A stretch of 64,000 bases of DNA, taken from Pirellulales bacterium. Lineage in GTDB: Bacteria > Planctomycetota > Planctomycetia > Pirellulales > Lacipirellulaceae. Made by a program: the position numbers and the translations under genes. The notes under the pieces are model-generated. The model saw only the letters and a list, made by a program, of their open reading frames with translations, searched no databases and had not been told where the DNA came from. Below, piece after piece: positions 8,591 through 18,589 of the stretch; the stretch's first letter is position 1; every line of letters starts with the position of its first letter. The stretch is taken from NCBI GenBank assembly GCA_041741515.1, contig JBGSJY010000012.1, positions 9,256-73,255 of the forward strand. The letters run 5' to 3'.

Positions 8591-10324
8591 ATGACGATGC
8601 AACCCGGTCTGCGCTCTGCTGGTTTACTTGCCGCTCTGGCATTCGCGTGGTGCGGCGCTCCAGCAGCCGCGCAGGTCGCCCCGCCGATCTTGCCGGGCAT
8701 TTCGGTCGAGATCGCCGACATCCTGCAGATGCCGGACACCCGCGGGCAGGGGACCGAGGACAGCCGCGTTTCGGCCAACGTCGCGCGGATCAATTTCCTG
8801 CGGGAGGTCCCGGGATATCCTGATGAGTGGATCGTCAACGACCTGCGTGGACAGGTTTATCGGGTCAATCCCCAGACGCAGCAGGTGACGACCTACTTGA
8901 ACGTGAAGAACGTCTTCTCACGGTTCATTATCGGCCCCGGCGGACTCTCCACCGGGCTGATCACGGTTCAACTGCACCCCGAGTTCGCCACCAACGGCAA
9001 GTTCTATACGATCCACGAGGAGTCGGCCGCGGGGAACCCGGCGACGCCCGACTTCCAGGCCGTGGGGAACGCCGGCAACCTCGCTAACGGCCAGCACGGC
9101 GTTGTCACGGAGTGGACCGCGACCGATCCGACCGCGCCGACGTTCGCGGGAACGCACCGCGTGATGATGCGGGTCGCGCAGCCGGCGGGCAATCTCCACA
9201 ATCTCGGCGATATCGGTTTCAATCCGCTGGCTCAACCCGGCGACGCCGACTACGGCATGATGTATCTCGCTGGGGGCGACGCGGGCTACGACTCCGAAGG
9301 GAAGGGTAGCAAACAAGCCCGAGTCCCGAACTCGATTTTCGGCAAGCTGCTGCGGATCGACCCCTTTGGCAGCAACAGCGCGAACGGGCAGTACGGGATC
9401 CCCAGCGACAATCCGTACGCCTCGGACGGCGATGCGGGCACGCTCGGCGAGATCTACGCGATGGGATTCCGCAATCTCCATCGCATCGGTTGGGACTTGG
9501 AAACGGGGCTGTTCCTCGGGACCGACGTCGGCCAAAACGCGGTCGAGGAGGTCAACCTCCTCCGCAGTGGCGGAGATTACGGCTGGGACGACACGGAGGG
9601 CACCTTTGCTCGCGGCGGGGGACCGCTGTCACGCAACACCGATGGGATCACCTTTCCCGCCGCCCAGTACGACCACCTCGACGGGTCGGCGATCGCGGGG
9701 GGCTTCGTCTATCGCGGCGCGATGATCCCCGAGCTGTACGGCAAGTTTGTCTACGGCGACATCGTCAACGGCAGGATGTTCTACAGCGACCTCGACGAGA
9801 TGGTCGCCGCCGAGGCGGATGAGTTCATCGCCACCACCGCGGCGGTGCACGAGCTGTTCCTCACCCGTGACGGCTCGCCGGTGTTGTTGAGCGACCTCGT
9901 GCTGGACAAGATGGGCATCCCATCCCTCCCCTGGGACCGCCACGACCTGCGTTTCGGTCAAACCTCCGACGGCGAGATCTACGTCATCACCAAGCAGGAC
10001 GGCATGATCCGTCAGCTGGTCGGCGAGGGGCTCGTCGGCGACTACAACGGCGACGGTCTGGTCGACGCCGCCGACTACACGGTCTGGCGTGACGCGGATG
10101 GAACGACCGGTGCGGGCCTCGCGGCCGACGGCAACGGCGACGGCGAGGTGAATAGCGACGACTACGGCGTTTGGTCGACGGCCTACGGCAATAGCAGGGG
10201 CAATCCGAGCCTGTCCGAGGCGGTCCCCGAGCCGGCGGGCGTGCTGACAGCCTTGCTTGCCTCTTTTGCGGCAACGGTCGGCCGACGTCCGAGCCTCGCA
10301 ACCTCGTTCAGAAGGATGACATGA
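8591..10324 (+). CDS. PQQ-dependent glucose/sorbosone dehydrogenase-like protein with dockerin-like motif and PEP-CTERM
   Basis: LHPEFATNGKFY, GKLLRIDP, YGIPSDNPY, EIYAMGFRN, DVGQNAVEEVN, AIAGGFVYRG; VPEPA tail. Confidence 0.88.
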   Translation: MTMQPGLRSAGLLAALAFAWCGAPAAAQVAPPILPGISVEIADILQMPDTRGQGTEDSRVSANVARINFLREVPGYPDEWIVNDLRGQVYRVNPQTQQVTTYLNVKNVFSRFIIGPGGLSTGLITVQLHPEFATNGKFYTIHEESAAGNPATPDFQAVGNAGNLANGQHGVVTEWTATDPTAPTFAGTHRVMMRVAQPAGNLHNLGDIGFNPLAQPGDADYGMMYLAGGDAGYDSEGKGSKQARVPNSIFGKLLRIDPFGSNSANGQYGIPSDNPYASDGDAGTLGEIYAMGFRNLHRIGWDLETGLFLGTDVGQNAVEEVNLLRSGGDYGWDDTEGTFARGGGPLSRNTDGITFPAAQYDHLDGSAIAGGFVYRGAMIPELYGKFVYGDIVNGRMFYSDLDEMVAAEADEFIATTAAVHELFLTRDGSPVLLSDLVLDKMGIPSLPWDRHDLRFGQTSDGEIYVITKQDGMIRQLVGEGLVGDYNGDGLVDAADYTVWRDADGTTGAGLAADGNGDGEVNSDDYGVWSTAYGNSRGNPSLSEAVPEPAGVLTALLASFAATVGRRPSLATSFRRMT

Positions 10325-12666
10325 CGGTCCGCGGCAACTTTTCTCTCTCGGCCTTTCTGTCGGCGGTTTTCCTGGCCGCCGCACTGGGAGTCTCTGGCGC
10401 GACGGCGCAAAACATCAAATCATTCCCGCAGGCCGAGGGTTTCGGCGCCGAGGCGACGGGCGGGCGGGGCGGCGTGGTCTACCACGTGACGAGCCTCGGC
10501 GACTCGAACACCCCGGGGACGCTGCGATACGGGATTGAATCGCTTAATCCCAACGTCCCGGTGACCATCGTCTTCGATGTGGGGGGGTGGATCAACCTCA
10601 ACGAGAACCTCGGGATCGTCCGCAGCAACGTGACGATCGCCGGCCAGACGGCGCCCGGTGACGGCATCGGCGTGCGGAACCGCAAGTTTTCTGTCGGTGG
10701 CGACGACATTGTCGTCCGGCACGTCCACTTCGCTTACGGAAAAACAGCAGCCGCCGCGAACGACACCGTCAACGTCAACAACAACTCCAGCGACGTTATC
10801 TTCGATCACATCGCGGCGGTGATGTCGCGAGACGAGGCGTTCTCCGCCCAGTCGACCAACCTGACGCTGCAATGGTCGACGGTGTCGTACGGCCTGCAGA
10901 CCCACTCGGCCGGTTCGTTGCTGGAACAACCGACCAATCTCAGCTTCCACCACAACCTCTGGGCGCACAATCACACCCGCAATCCCAAGGCGCGGGTGCA
11001 AGGCGCCTTCGACTACGTCAACAACGTGGTCTACGACTACGACATCGGGTTCATCGCGGGCGACTCGGGGACGACCGACTACTTCTGGCCGAACAACTTT
11101 GACGGCAACACCTTCATCACCGGCCCGAACGACTCTGGCAATCGGATGATTACCGACGGCCACGCCGAGAACACGGGTCTCTATTTCGGCACGAATCACT
11201 ACGACGGCGACGGCGATACGCAGCACGATCCGGAGGTCTACACCGGTTCGAGCCGCAACCTAGGCAACGTCGTCAGCGGTTCCTATACCCGCGTGACGAC
11301 GCCCTATCCCGTCGCCGATCCGATCTGGCAGGACGCGAATCCCGAAGCGGCGTACCAGCGCGTCCTGTCCGAATTCGGCCCGAAGCCGACCCATCGGAAC
11401 GACCTCAATTCGTTGCTCGCGGCGAACGTCGTCAACCGCACCGGCTTTCAGATCAGCACCCAGACGCAGTTGCCGATTAGCGATGGCGGCTGGGGAGAGA
11501 TCCTTGGCGGGGCGGCGCCGCTCGACACCGACCGCGACGGCATGCCCGACGCCTGGGAAGAGCGGTACGGACTCTCGCCGACGGTCGCTAACAACAACGG
11601 CGACTTCGACTCCGATGGTTTTACGGACCTCGAGGAGTACCTCAACGACCTCGCCGCCTTCAAAGCGACGGGCCCGCTCGAGTTCTCCGGGACGGGGAGG
11701 TACGCCGATTGGAACAACTGGACCCGGCGCTGGGAGCCGTCACGCGTTGACGACGTGTGGGTGAATGTCGGGGTCGCTACGGTCGACGCCGTCGGCCAGC
11801 GGGCGGGCGACCTGCATCTCGGCGCCGCGGCGGGTTCCGACGGAACGCTTGCTGTCACCGGCGGCGGGATCGAAGTCACCAGCGACCTCACCGTCGGCGG
11901 CGCCGGTCTCGGCGCTGTGGAGCAGACGGGCGGGAAGGTCCACGTGCTCGAGGGTGGCGTAGCGATCCAGAACGGGCAGTACCGTCTCGCCGGGGGCGTC
12001 CTCCAATCTCCGGCGCTATCGAAAGGCTCCGCGGGCGACTTTCTCTTCGAGGGGGGCGAGCTGCAGGTCGGCCTTGTCGAATTCGACCTCCAAAACGACG
12101 GCGGCGTGCTCTCCCCTGGAATGGGCGTGGGCGAGACCCACGTCGTGGGCGACCTTACGCTTGAGGCGGGCGTCCTGCGCGTCGAGGTGGGTTCATCGTC
12201 CGCGGCCGACCTGCTGACCGTTGATGGTGACGCCACACTTGGCGGCGCGCTCGAAGTGCTCTTCGTTGGCGATTTTGCTCCGACCGCCGGCGAATGGCGG
12301 ATCCTAAGCGCCGCGTCGATCGCTGGTGAGTTCCATTCGCTCCCGGAGGGGTTCTCGCTGCGAACGGCGGGCGGCGACCTGATGCTCGTCCTCGGCGACC
12401 CGCTGAGTGGCGACTACAACGGCGACGGCCTCGTCGATGCGGCCGACTACACCGTGTGGCGTGAATCGTTGGGCCAGGCGGTGATGCCCGGCAGCGGGGC
12501 GGACGGCGACGGCGACGGCGAAGTCGGACAAGGCGACTACGCCGTCTGGAGCAGCCACTACGGGGAGTCAGCGGGCGCCGCCTCAACGACGCCCGAGCCA
12601 AGCGGCGTCATCCTCGCGGCGCTCGTCGCGGCGACGTCGGTGGGCGGCGGGCTTCGCAAGCGGTAG
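10321..12666 (+). CDS. pectate lyase-like (PL1) protein with dockerin-like motif and PEP-CTERM
   Basis: FPQAEGFGAEATGGRGG, TIAGQTAPGDG, VIFDH, HHNLWAHNHTRNP, DRDGMPDAWE; TPEPS tail; ATGA overlap with previous gene. Confidence 0.88.
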   Translation: MTVRGNFSLSAFLSAVFLAAALGVSGATAQNIKSFPQAEGFGAEATGGRGGVVYHVTSLGDSNTPGTLRYGIESLNPNVPVTIVFDVGGWINLNENLGIVRSNVTIAGQTAPGDGIGVRNRKFSVGGDDIVVRHVHFAYGKTAAAANDTVNVNNNSSDVIFDHIAAVMSRDEAFSAQSTNLTLQWSTVSYGLQTHSAGSLLEQPTNLSFHHNLWAHNHTRNPKARVQGAFDYVNNVVYDYDIGFIAGDSGTTDYFWPNNFDGNTFITGPNDSGNRMITDGHAENTGLYFGTNHYDGDGDTQHDPEVYTGSSRNLGNVVSGSYTRVTTPYPVADPIWQDANPEAAYQRVLSEFGPKPTHRNDLNSLLAANVVNRTGFQISTQTQLPISDGGWGEILGGAAPLDTDRDGMPDAWEERYGLSPTVANNNGDFDSDGFTDLEEYLNDLAAFKATGPLEFSGTGRYADWNNWTRRWEPSRVDDVWVNVGVATVDAVGQRAGDLHLGAAAGSDGTLAVTGGGIEVTSDLTVGGAGLGAVEQTGGKVHVLEGGVAIQNGQYRLAGGVLQSPALSKGSAGDFLFEGGELQVGLVEFDLQNDGGVLSPGMGVGETHVVGDLTLEAGVLRVEVGSSSAADLLTVDGDATLGGALEVLFVGDFAPTAGEWRILSAASIAGEFHSLPEGFSLRTAGGDLMLVLGDPLSGDYNGDGLVDAADYTVWRESLGQAVMPGSGADGDGDGEVGQGDYAVWSSHYGESAGAASTTPEPSGVILAALVAATSVGGGLRKR

Positions 12667-12737
12667 TATCAATGCTTTCTTCACCGCCTCGTAGCGTCTC
12701 GCGCAGTAACGCGGGGGCGCAGAGTTGCGGGTCGGTA

Positions 12738-12851
12738 AGACTCACGCAAAGGCGCGAAGACGCAAAGGAGCAACACCTGCGCGATCGCCGGCGGCCGCGG
12801 TCCTTCGTCTAGAACCGTTTTCTTGGCGCCTTTGCGACTTTGCGTGAGTCT
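12738..12851. repeat. REP-like imperfect palindrome (CGCAAAG-type) between convergent genes
   Basis: arms AGACTCACGCAAAGGCGCGAAGACGCAAAG (12738-12767) and CTTGGCGCCTTTGCGACTTTGCGTGAGTCT (12822-12851), 26/30 complementary. Confidence 0.75.
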
Positions 12852-12959
12852 CTTAGACGTGCTCTCGGCGCCTCGGCGCGAGTCTTCCACGCTTCGCTGC
12901 GTGGGTCGGCGTGACGCTCGCAACGCGACAACTGCGTTACGCCCCTCGAAGCTGCAAGC

Positions 12960-14162
12960 CTAGCCGTCGAATCTCCCGAGCAGACCCCATGCCGCGACCA
13001 GGCTAGCGACTAGGCCGATCGCGGTTGGCTCGGGCGCCGAAGGGGAGGCAAGCGAAGCCAGTTGCGGGGCGCCAGGTCCGGAAAAATGGCTGGTCCAGAC
13101 CGCGTAGTCGGGGGCGTCAACCACCCCGCTGAAGTCGCCATCGGCGCGCAGGTCGGTGGTCGATCCCATCGCGTCGCGCCATACCGTGTAGTCGGCGGCG
13201 TCGACGACCCCATCCCGGTTGTAATCGCCCGTCGGCGCGCTGATCGCGCGGTACAGCGCGTAGACATCGCGTGGCAAGAGGGCCTTGTCGAACGCCATCA
13301 GTTCGTCGATGCGTCCATTGAAGGGGTTCTGCTCTTGCAAGTTGTTAGGGAAGCTGCCGCCGATCTTGATCCCGCCGGAGTTGGTGGCGGAAGTCCTGTC
13401 TTCACCGGCGGTCAACTGCCAGGCGGCGACGTTCGATTCGCCGGCCTCCAGGAGGACGCCGTTCTTGTAGAGGATGATCTCCCCCGAGTCGAAGTCGAAG
13501 GTCGCCGCCAGGTGGGTCCAAGTTTCCGGCGGCATGACGTCGTACCACGACTCCACCGACGCCCTCCGGCCCGACCCCGACTGACGGTCGAGCCGTCGGC
13601 CGAGGGCCGTCACCTTGCCATCAATGACTTCGATCAAGGCGCGGACCGTGTGGCCGTCGATCGTGGCGCCCCCTTCATCCCCGTTGAGGTAGCCGAAGAG
13701 TCCGAAGGCGTTGTAACGGTCGGCGGAGTTGGCCGTGTTGGTGTTGGGGCTGGGGTTGTCCGTGACGTCGCCCAGCGGCTTGAACCACCCGGCAAGCGTC
13801 ACCGCCGTCACGGCGTTGAGGCCCGTCAACGTGGAAACGCTCGACGATCCGAACTGAACGCCGGCTTTCCAATCGTCGTTGGGACCCGTGTCGTGTTGGC
13901 CCGTCTCCAACGAGTACTGGCTGCCTCCCCAGGCTCCGTCGGCGACCCGCGGCGCGCCGTTCAGGAGTTGGATATTGGTGGCGTCCAAGCCGCCGTCCAC
14001 TTCAACCGGCGAGGTCGCCAACCCGCCTAAGGGGTGGTCGAAGGAGTAGTAGTTGATCAGATGCGGGAGAAGCGTCTCGGGAACGCCGCCCGGCGCGGAT
14101 CGCGTTGCGCCGGCGATGAGGCACGCAATAAGTGCCGACGCGAGGCGAGGCTTCTTCGTCAT
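12960..14162 (-). CDS. LamG/ConA-like domain protein with dockerin-like motif and PEP-CTERM
   Basis: ATG 14162 begins a signal peptide; TWTHLAATFD..LYKNG..IGG..FNGRIDELMAFDKAL; GDYNRDGVVDAADYTVWRD; APEPT tail. Confidence 0.85.
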   Translation of the reverse strand: MTKKPRLASALIACLIAGATRSAPGGVPETLLPHLINYYSFDHPLGGLATSPVEVDGGLDATNIQLLNGAPRVADGAWGGSQYSLETGQHDTGPNDDWKAGVQFGSSSVSTLTGLNAVTAVTLAGWFKPLGDVTDNPSPNTNTANSADRYNAFGLFGYLNGDEGGATIDGHTVRALIEVIDGKVTALGRRLDRQSGSGRRASVESWYDVMPPETWTHLAATFDFDSGEIILYKNGVLLEAGESNVAAWQLTAGEDRTSATNSGGIKIGGSFPNNLQEQNPFNGRIDELMAFDKALLPRDVYALYRAISAPTGDYNRDGVVDAADYTVWRDAMGSTTDLRADGDFSGVVDAPDYAVWTSHFSGPGAPQLASLASPSAPEPTAIGLVASLVAAWGLLGRFDG

Positions 14163-14296
14163 GAACCCAAACCGCAAGAGAGGCCGATTTAACGATTGTA
14201 GTTGCGTGACTAGGAGACGCCAGCGCCAACCTCCGCCTCTCGTACTAGGATAGTGGCTGGAAGCATCGAAAGCCTCTAGCCCTTGGGCCAACCCCT

Positions 14297-15355
14297 ATGC
14301 TGCGCCTGCGGATTGCCTTTGTTATCGCCATCGGCGTCGTTGCCTCTTTGGCGTCGGCCGAAAACCCGCCGACCTACCGCAACCCTGTCTACACGAAGAA
14401 CATGCCCGACCCGGGCGTGCTGCTGCACGAGGGTACCTACTACGCCTTCGGGACGACCGGCGCGGAGCGGATGTCCGACGGACGGATCTTTCGGGTGCTG
14501 AGCTCGGTGGACCTCGTCCACTGGCGCGAGCACGGCGGCGCGTTGACGCCCCCCAGTGACGACGCGCGTAAGCAGTACTGGGCGCCCGAGGTCGCGTACA
14601 GCGACGGCGCCTTCTACCTCTACTACTCGGTTGGCACGCTCGACGACCTGCGGTTCGAGATCCGCGTCGCGAAAAGTGATAGCCCGCTCGGCCCCTACTC
14701 GGACACCGGGATGTCGCTGAAGGATGGCGACGACGCGCCGTTCACAATCGACGGCCATCCTTTCCGTGACGACGACGGGCAGTGGTATTTCTTCTACGCA
14801 AAGGACTTCCTCGACAACGACGGGGGCGCCCGCACGGGGACCGGCATCGTCGTCGATCGCCTGATCGACATGGTGCGGCTCTCCGGCAACCCGAAGACCG
14901 TGGTCCGGCCACGGTACGACTGGACGCTGTTCGAGGCCGACCGCGTCGTGCCGATGCTCGGCGGCAAGGCCGTCGATTGGCATACGATTGAGGCGCCGTG
15001 GGTCGTCAAGCGAGACGGCAAGTACTACTGCTTCTATAGCGGTTCGAACTTCGGAACCTCCAACTACGGGGTTGATTACGTGGTCGCTGATTCAGTCATG
15101 GGAGAGTACAGCCGCCAGGGCCGTTACGCCCGCGTGTTGCGCGGCGTCACCGACCTGGTGCGCGGCCCCGGCCACCACTCGATTGTCCCTTCGCCGGATG
15201 GCGGTGGTGAGGTGCTCGTCTACCACGCCTGGGATCGTGAGCAGACGCGCCGAGAGCTGTGGGTCGATCCGCTGGTCTGGACTTTCCGTGGGCCCCTCTG
15301 CGCGGGCCCGTCGGTCTCGGACGCGACGCTCGCACCGGTCGCCGGCAGCGAGTGA
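14297..15355 (+). CDS. glycoside hydrolase family 43, secreted
   Basis: PDPGV, YWAPEV, IDGHPF, IEAPW, GPGHHS motifs; signal peptide. Confidence 0.9.
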   Translation: MLRLRIAFVIAIGVVASLASAENPPTYRNPVYTKNMPDPGVLLHEGTYYAFGTTGAERMSDGRIFRVLSSVDLVHWREHGGALTPPSDDARKQYWAPEVAYSDGAFYLYYSVGTLDDLRFEIRVAKSDSPLGPYSDTGMSLKDGDDAPFTIDGHPFRDDDGQWYFFYAKDFLDNDGGARTGTGIVVDRLIDMVRLSGNPKTVVRPRYDWTLFEADRVVPMLGGKAVDWHTIEAPWVVKRDGKYYCFYSGSNFGTSNYGVDYVVADSVMGEYSRQGRYARVLRGVTDLVRGPGHHSIVPSPDGGGEVLVYHAWDREQTRRELWVDPLVWTFRGPLCAGPSVSDATLAPVAGSE

Positions 15356-15503
15356 CCCCTGTTGAAGGTGGGCGGGAAGGACCCGCGTCGGGTGCTCGAC
15401 GAGAGCGAGTTACGATGCATCTTGCGGTCCCTTCGCGGCTCGACGCACTCCCCAGTCTCAAAGTGAAGTCCGAAAGGTCCCGAGCCGTTGATCGGGGCCG
15501 TGG

Positions 15504-17174
15504 TTACTTCGTTTGCGGGGCGAACTGCCTCTTCAGTCGCGTTGTGTCCTCGAGGGTCCAGTCGGCTGGCGCCGTCACCGCGATCCACGCGTCGATGTAG
15601 TGGGCCGGCGCGTAGTTGTGGCCGTACCCATGAGGGACGGCGGTGGCCATCGGCAGGTCGAAGCCGGTCTGCAGGAAGGTGATGATGGGATACCATCGCA
15701 GGTACGGCGACACGTCGGGGCCGCGCTGGTTGACGAGCCAGGCCGGGCGCTTGTAGAGGATGTCGGTCGAGAAAAAACACATGGGATCGCTGGCGTACTG
15801 GAGATAGACAAACCGCATCGGTCCCCACCGCCGGTCGCCACGGTCGAGCGTGTTCTGCTGGGAGGTGAACCGCAACATCGAGCTATCGCGGAACTCGGGC
15901 AGCCACATGGGAGTGCCAGCGTTGCGGTAGCGTGTCAGCCGCGACCAGACGGGGCTCGGAAACGGCGGGCCGCTCCACACGCCGCCCTGGATCGGGTCCT
16001 CAAACACGGTGAACAGGTCGGCGCTGGACTCCGAACCGAGTGATCCGAGACTCAGGCCGTGGACGTAGAGTTTCGGTCGCGAGTCGCGAGGGAGCGACTT
16101 CCAGTGGCCGTAGACTTCGTCGAACAAAACCCGTGCCGACTCTCGTGACCGCCGCGGATCGACCAGGATGGTGATCCAACTGGGGAGATACGAATACTGC
16201 ATGCTGACAATCGCGGTGTCACCGCCGTGCAAGTACTCGATGGTGTCGACGGCGCCCGGGTCGAGCCAACCCGTGCCCGTGGGCGTGGCGACGACCAAGA
16301 GCGACCGCTCAAAGCCGCCGACACGAATGAGCTCCTGCAAGGCAAGCTGGGCTCGCTCTTCGAGCGTCTCCTTCGACGCGAGGCCAACGTAGACCCGCAG
16401 CGGCGATTGCGACTCGCGGCCGCGGAACTCGGCAATGCTCGCTTGCGTCGGCCCATTGGCGATGAATCGCTTCCCCTGCCGGCCAATGCTGTCCCAGGAG
16501 ATCAGCGATTCTTCGCTGCCGGAGGCGTCCGGATCGGTCGGCGGAGGCATGTCTTCGTCGACCACTTGATCGAGCTGCAGGAACATGGCGTCAGCGGCGT
16601 TCAGCGCCAGTCTCGCGAGCAATTTGTTCGCTACCATCAACAGGGCCAGCACCACCAGCAGCGTGCTCACCACATACGAGATCCGCCGCGGCACGAAGCG
16701 AACGATCTGTCGATGGACCATCCGCCAGCCCGACCCTAGCAGCCGCGCCGCGGCGATCAACACGACCCCGGCGATAAAAGCGATCGCCGCCACGCGCCAC
16801 GGGTAGGCGCTGGCCACGGGCTCCATCTCCATGAGTCCGCGGATCGAATTCTGCCAGATCGTGGCCCGCCACAGGAACCAAGCGACAACGGCGGCGACGA
16901 CCACGGTCGTGATGACTTTGCTGATCCACTGCGTGCGGTCGCTGAATCGTGGAATCTCCAGATACAACCACAGCCACACGATAAACACACCGACGCCGTA
17001 GCCAACGGCGAGCGCCAGACCGGAGAGAAGGCCCTGCACAGCGAAGTGGCGGGGCAGCAGCGACGGCGTCAACGATGCGGCGAAGAAGAGCGTCGCGACC
17101 GCCAGCCCCACAAACGAGAACGAAGACCAGTAGCGAGTCCCTACCGATCGCAGAACGGTGGCTAGGCTCATCAT
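15504..17174 (-). CDS. membrane-anchored alpha/beta hydrolase (Abhydrolase_9 family)
   Basis: SLTPSLLPR in N-terminal TM region; TPTGTGW, QYSYLPSW, HGLSLG, ASDP and YGHNY. Confidence 0.88.
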   Translation of the reverse strand: MMSLATVLRSVGTRYWSSFSFVGLAVATLFFAASLTPSLLPRHFAVQGLLSGLALAVGYGVGVFIVWLWLYLEIPRFSDRTQWISKVITTVVVAAVVAWFLWRATIWQNSIRGLMEMEPVASAYPWRVAAIAFIAGVVLIAAARLLGSGWRMVHRQIVRFVPRRISYVVSTLLVVLALLMVANKLLARLALNAADAMFLQLDQVVDEDMPPPTDPDASGSEESLISWDSIGRQGKRFIANGPTQASIAEFRGRESQSPLRVYVGLASKETLEERAQLALQELIRVGGFERSLLVVATPTGTGWLDPGAVDTIEYLHGGDTAIVSMQYSYLPSWITILVDPRRSRESARVLFDEVYGHWKSLPRDSRPKLYVHGLSLGSLGSESSADLFTVFEDPIQGGVWSGPPFPSPVWSRLTRYRNAGTPMWLPEFRDSSMLRFTSQQNTLDRGDRRWGPMRFVYLQYASDPMCFFSTDILYKRPAWLVNQRGPDVSPYLRWYPIITFLQTGFDLPMATAVPHGYGHNYAPAHYIDAWIAVTAPADWTLEDTTRLKRQFAPQTK

Positions 17175-17247
17175 GCTGCGTCTGCTGCGACCGAGTAGGG
17201 TTCGGGACCAACTTCCCCCAGAGAATAGCGGTGGAAGTTGGAAACGC

Positions 17248-18588
17248 CTACCAACCGTCGGGGAGCTCCCTCGGAGTCGACGGGATCTCCGCCTCTGGTC
17301 GCGCGGGCGCCTTCGAAGCCGCCTCCGTCAGCCCCGAAAAATCACCGAAGCTCAGGTAGAGCTGGGCGAATGGCGGCTTGATCCCCACCGCGGCGCTCAA
17401 GACTTCCGTTTCGTCGCCCTCCCGCAACGCACGATGGAGCCGGGTGATCGCTTCCCGGTTGGCGTGGAGGAGGGATTCGAGACTCTGCGCCGGTTCACTG
17501 GAGAGGGGTGCGTAGGCGGTGTCAAAGTTGGTCTGCTCGACGCGCGCCCAGACCGCCGCCGCGGTAGCCGCTTGCTCACCGAGCCGATCGAGCGCCGCGG
17601 CGTCCAGACGGATCGGGTCCGCATCTTTGGCCGGTTTGACGATCGCTTCCATCACGGCGTGGTAGTCGCTGAGCACGTCGAGTCGGTAGTCGACGCCCAA
17701 CGACCTCCGGCGACTGGCAAGTTGCTCCCGCAGCGGTTCGAGCGCCTCGTGAGCATTGGTCAGTTCACCCCCCTGCGCCAGCCGCATCGCCGCCGCGACA
17801 ACTTCCGTGGTCCCGTTGAAGAGGTCCTCTTGACCGTCGGGCGTCGCTTCCAGAGCCTGTTGCCGAATCGCGACTAGCCGCTCGCTCAGCCGCTCCAATG
17901 CCTTCAGGCTTGGCTTCGGAATCCCCTGGTTCGTCAGAGCCAAGGCGGGGATGTAGACCCGGTCGAACTCGGCGGAGAGCTGGAGATAGAGCTCTTTCGC
18001 GGGCCTTTGAGTCGCGGGTTGTTGCGTTGCGGGGTTGTCTCGCGTTGCGGCGGGTATCGGATGGGTCGCCTGCGCCTCAGCGAAGCCCCTGGCGACAAAC
18101 CCCGAAACGACTTTGGCGTGCGCCTGGATGAGAGCGACACCCTCCCGATCGCCAGAGGTCTCGACCACCTCGACCCCGCCGGGGATTTCCGTGATCTCGA
18201 GGGCGACCTGGTCCGCCTTGGCAAACAACGCCGCGAAGAGTGGGTCCCAGCGTCGGATCGGCCGCCCATCCTTCATTCGCCCGTACATCGCCGTCACATG
18301 CGTGCGGATCTGCGCGGCGACCTCGGCATCGTCCGAGGTGGTGCGTGTCCTGACGCCATTGGGCAACTCGGTGACGGTTCGGGTGATCGCTTCATGGTTG
18401 CGGAGCAGAAAGTGGAACCCGGCTTGGTCGCTCGCCATCGAGGCGTCGCGCCCCATCCCGCGACCCATCCCACGCCCCGGCCCGCCGCCGCGACCGGGTC
18501 CTTGAGCGATCGCGGCCATCGGGACGGCGAACGCCACCATCACCGTTAACCAGAGTGGGGGACCAAGACGGTCGTCTGAGAATCGCAT
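17248..18588 (-). CDS. secreted two-domain hypothetical protein in the sulfur operon
   Basis: signal peptide ending AIA; GRGMGRGMG low-complexity segment; starts 1 nt after the sqr stop. Confidence 0.75.
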   Translation of the reverse strand: MRFSDDRLGPPLWLTVMVAFAVPMAAIAQGPGRGGGPGRGMGRGMGRDASMASDQAGFHFLLRNHEAITRTVTELPNGVRTRTTSDDAEVAAQIRTHVTAMYGRMKDGRPIRRWDPLFAALFAKADQVALEITEIPGGVEVVETSGDREGVALIQAHAKVVSGFVARGFAEAQATHPIPAATRDNPATQQPATQRPAKELYLQLSAEFDRVYIPALALTNQGIPKPSLKALERLSERLVAIRQQALEATPDGQEDLFNGTTEVVAAAMRLAQGGELTNAHEALEPLREQLASRRRSLGVDYRLDVLSDYHAVMEAIVKPAKDADPIRLDAAALDRLGEQAATAAAVWARVEQTNFDTAYAPLSSEPAQSLESLLHANREAITRLHRALREGDETEVLSAAVGIKPPFAQLYLSFGDFSGLTEAASKAPARPEAEIPSTPRELPDGW

Positions 18589-18589
18589 T

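Noticed and set aside
7190-13235. Recurrent GGCGACTACAAC..GCCGACTACACGGTCTGGCG DNA repeats as CRISPR or mobile repeats
   Set aside because: They encode the dockerin-like motif in separate genes and are not regularly spaced.
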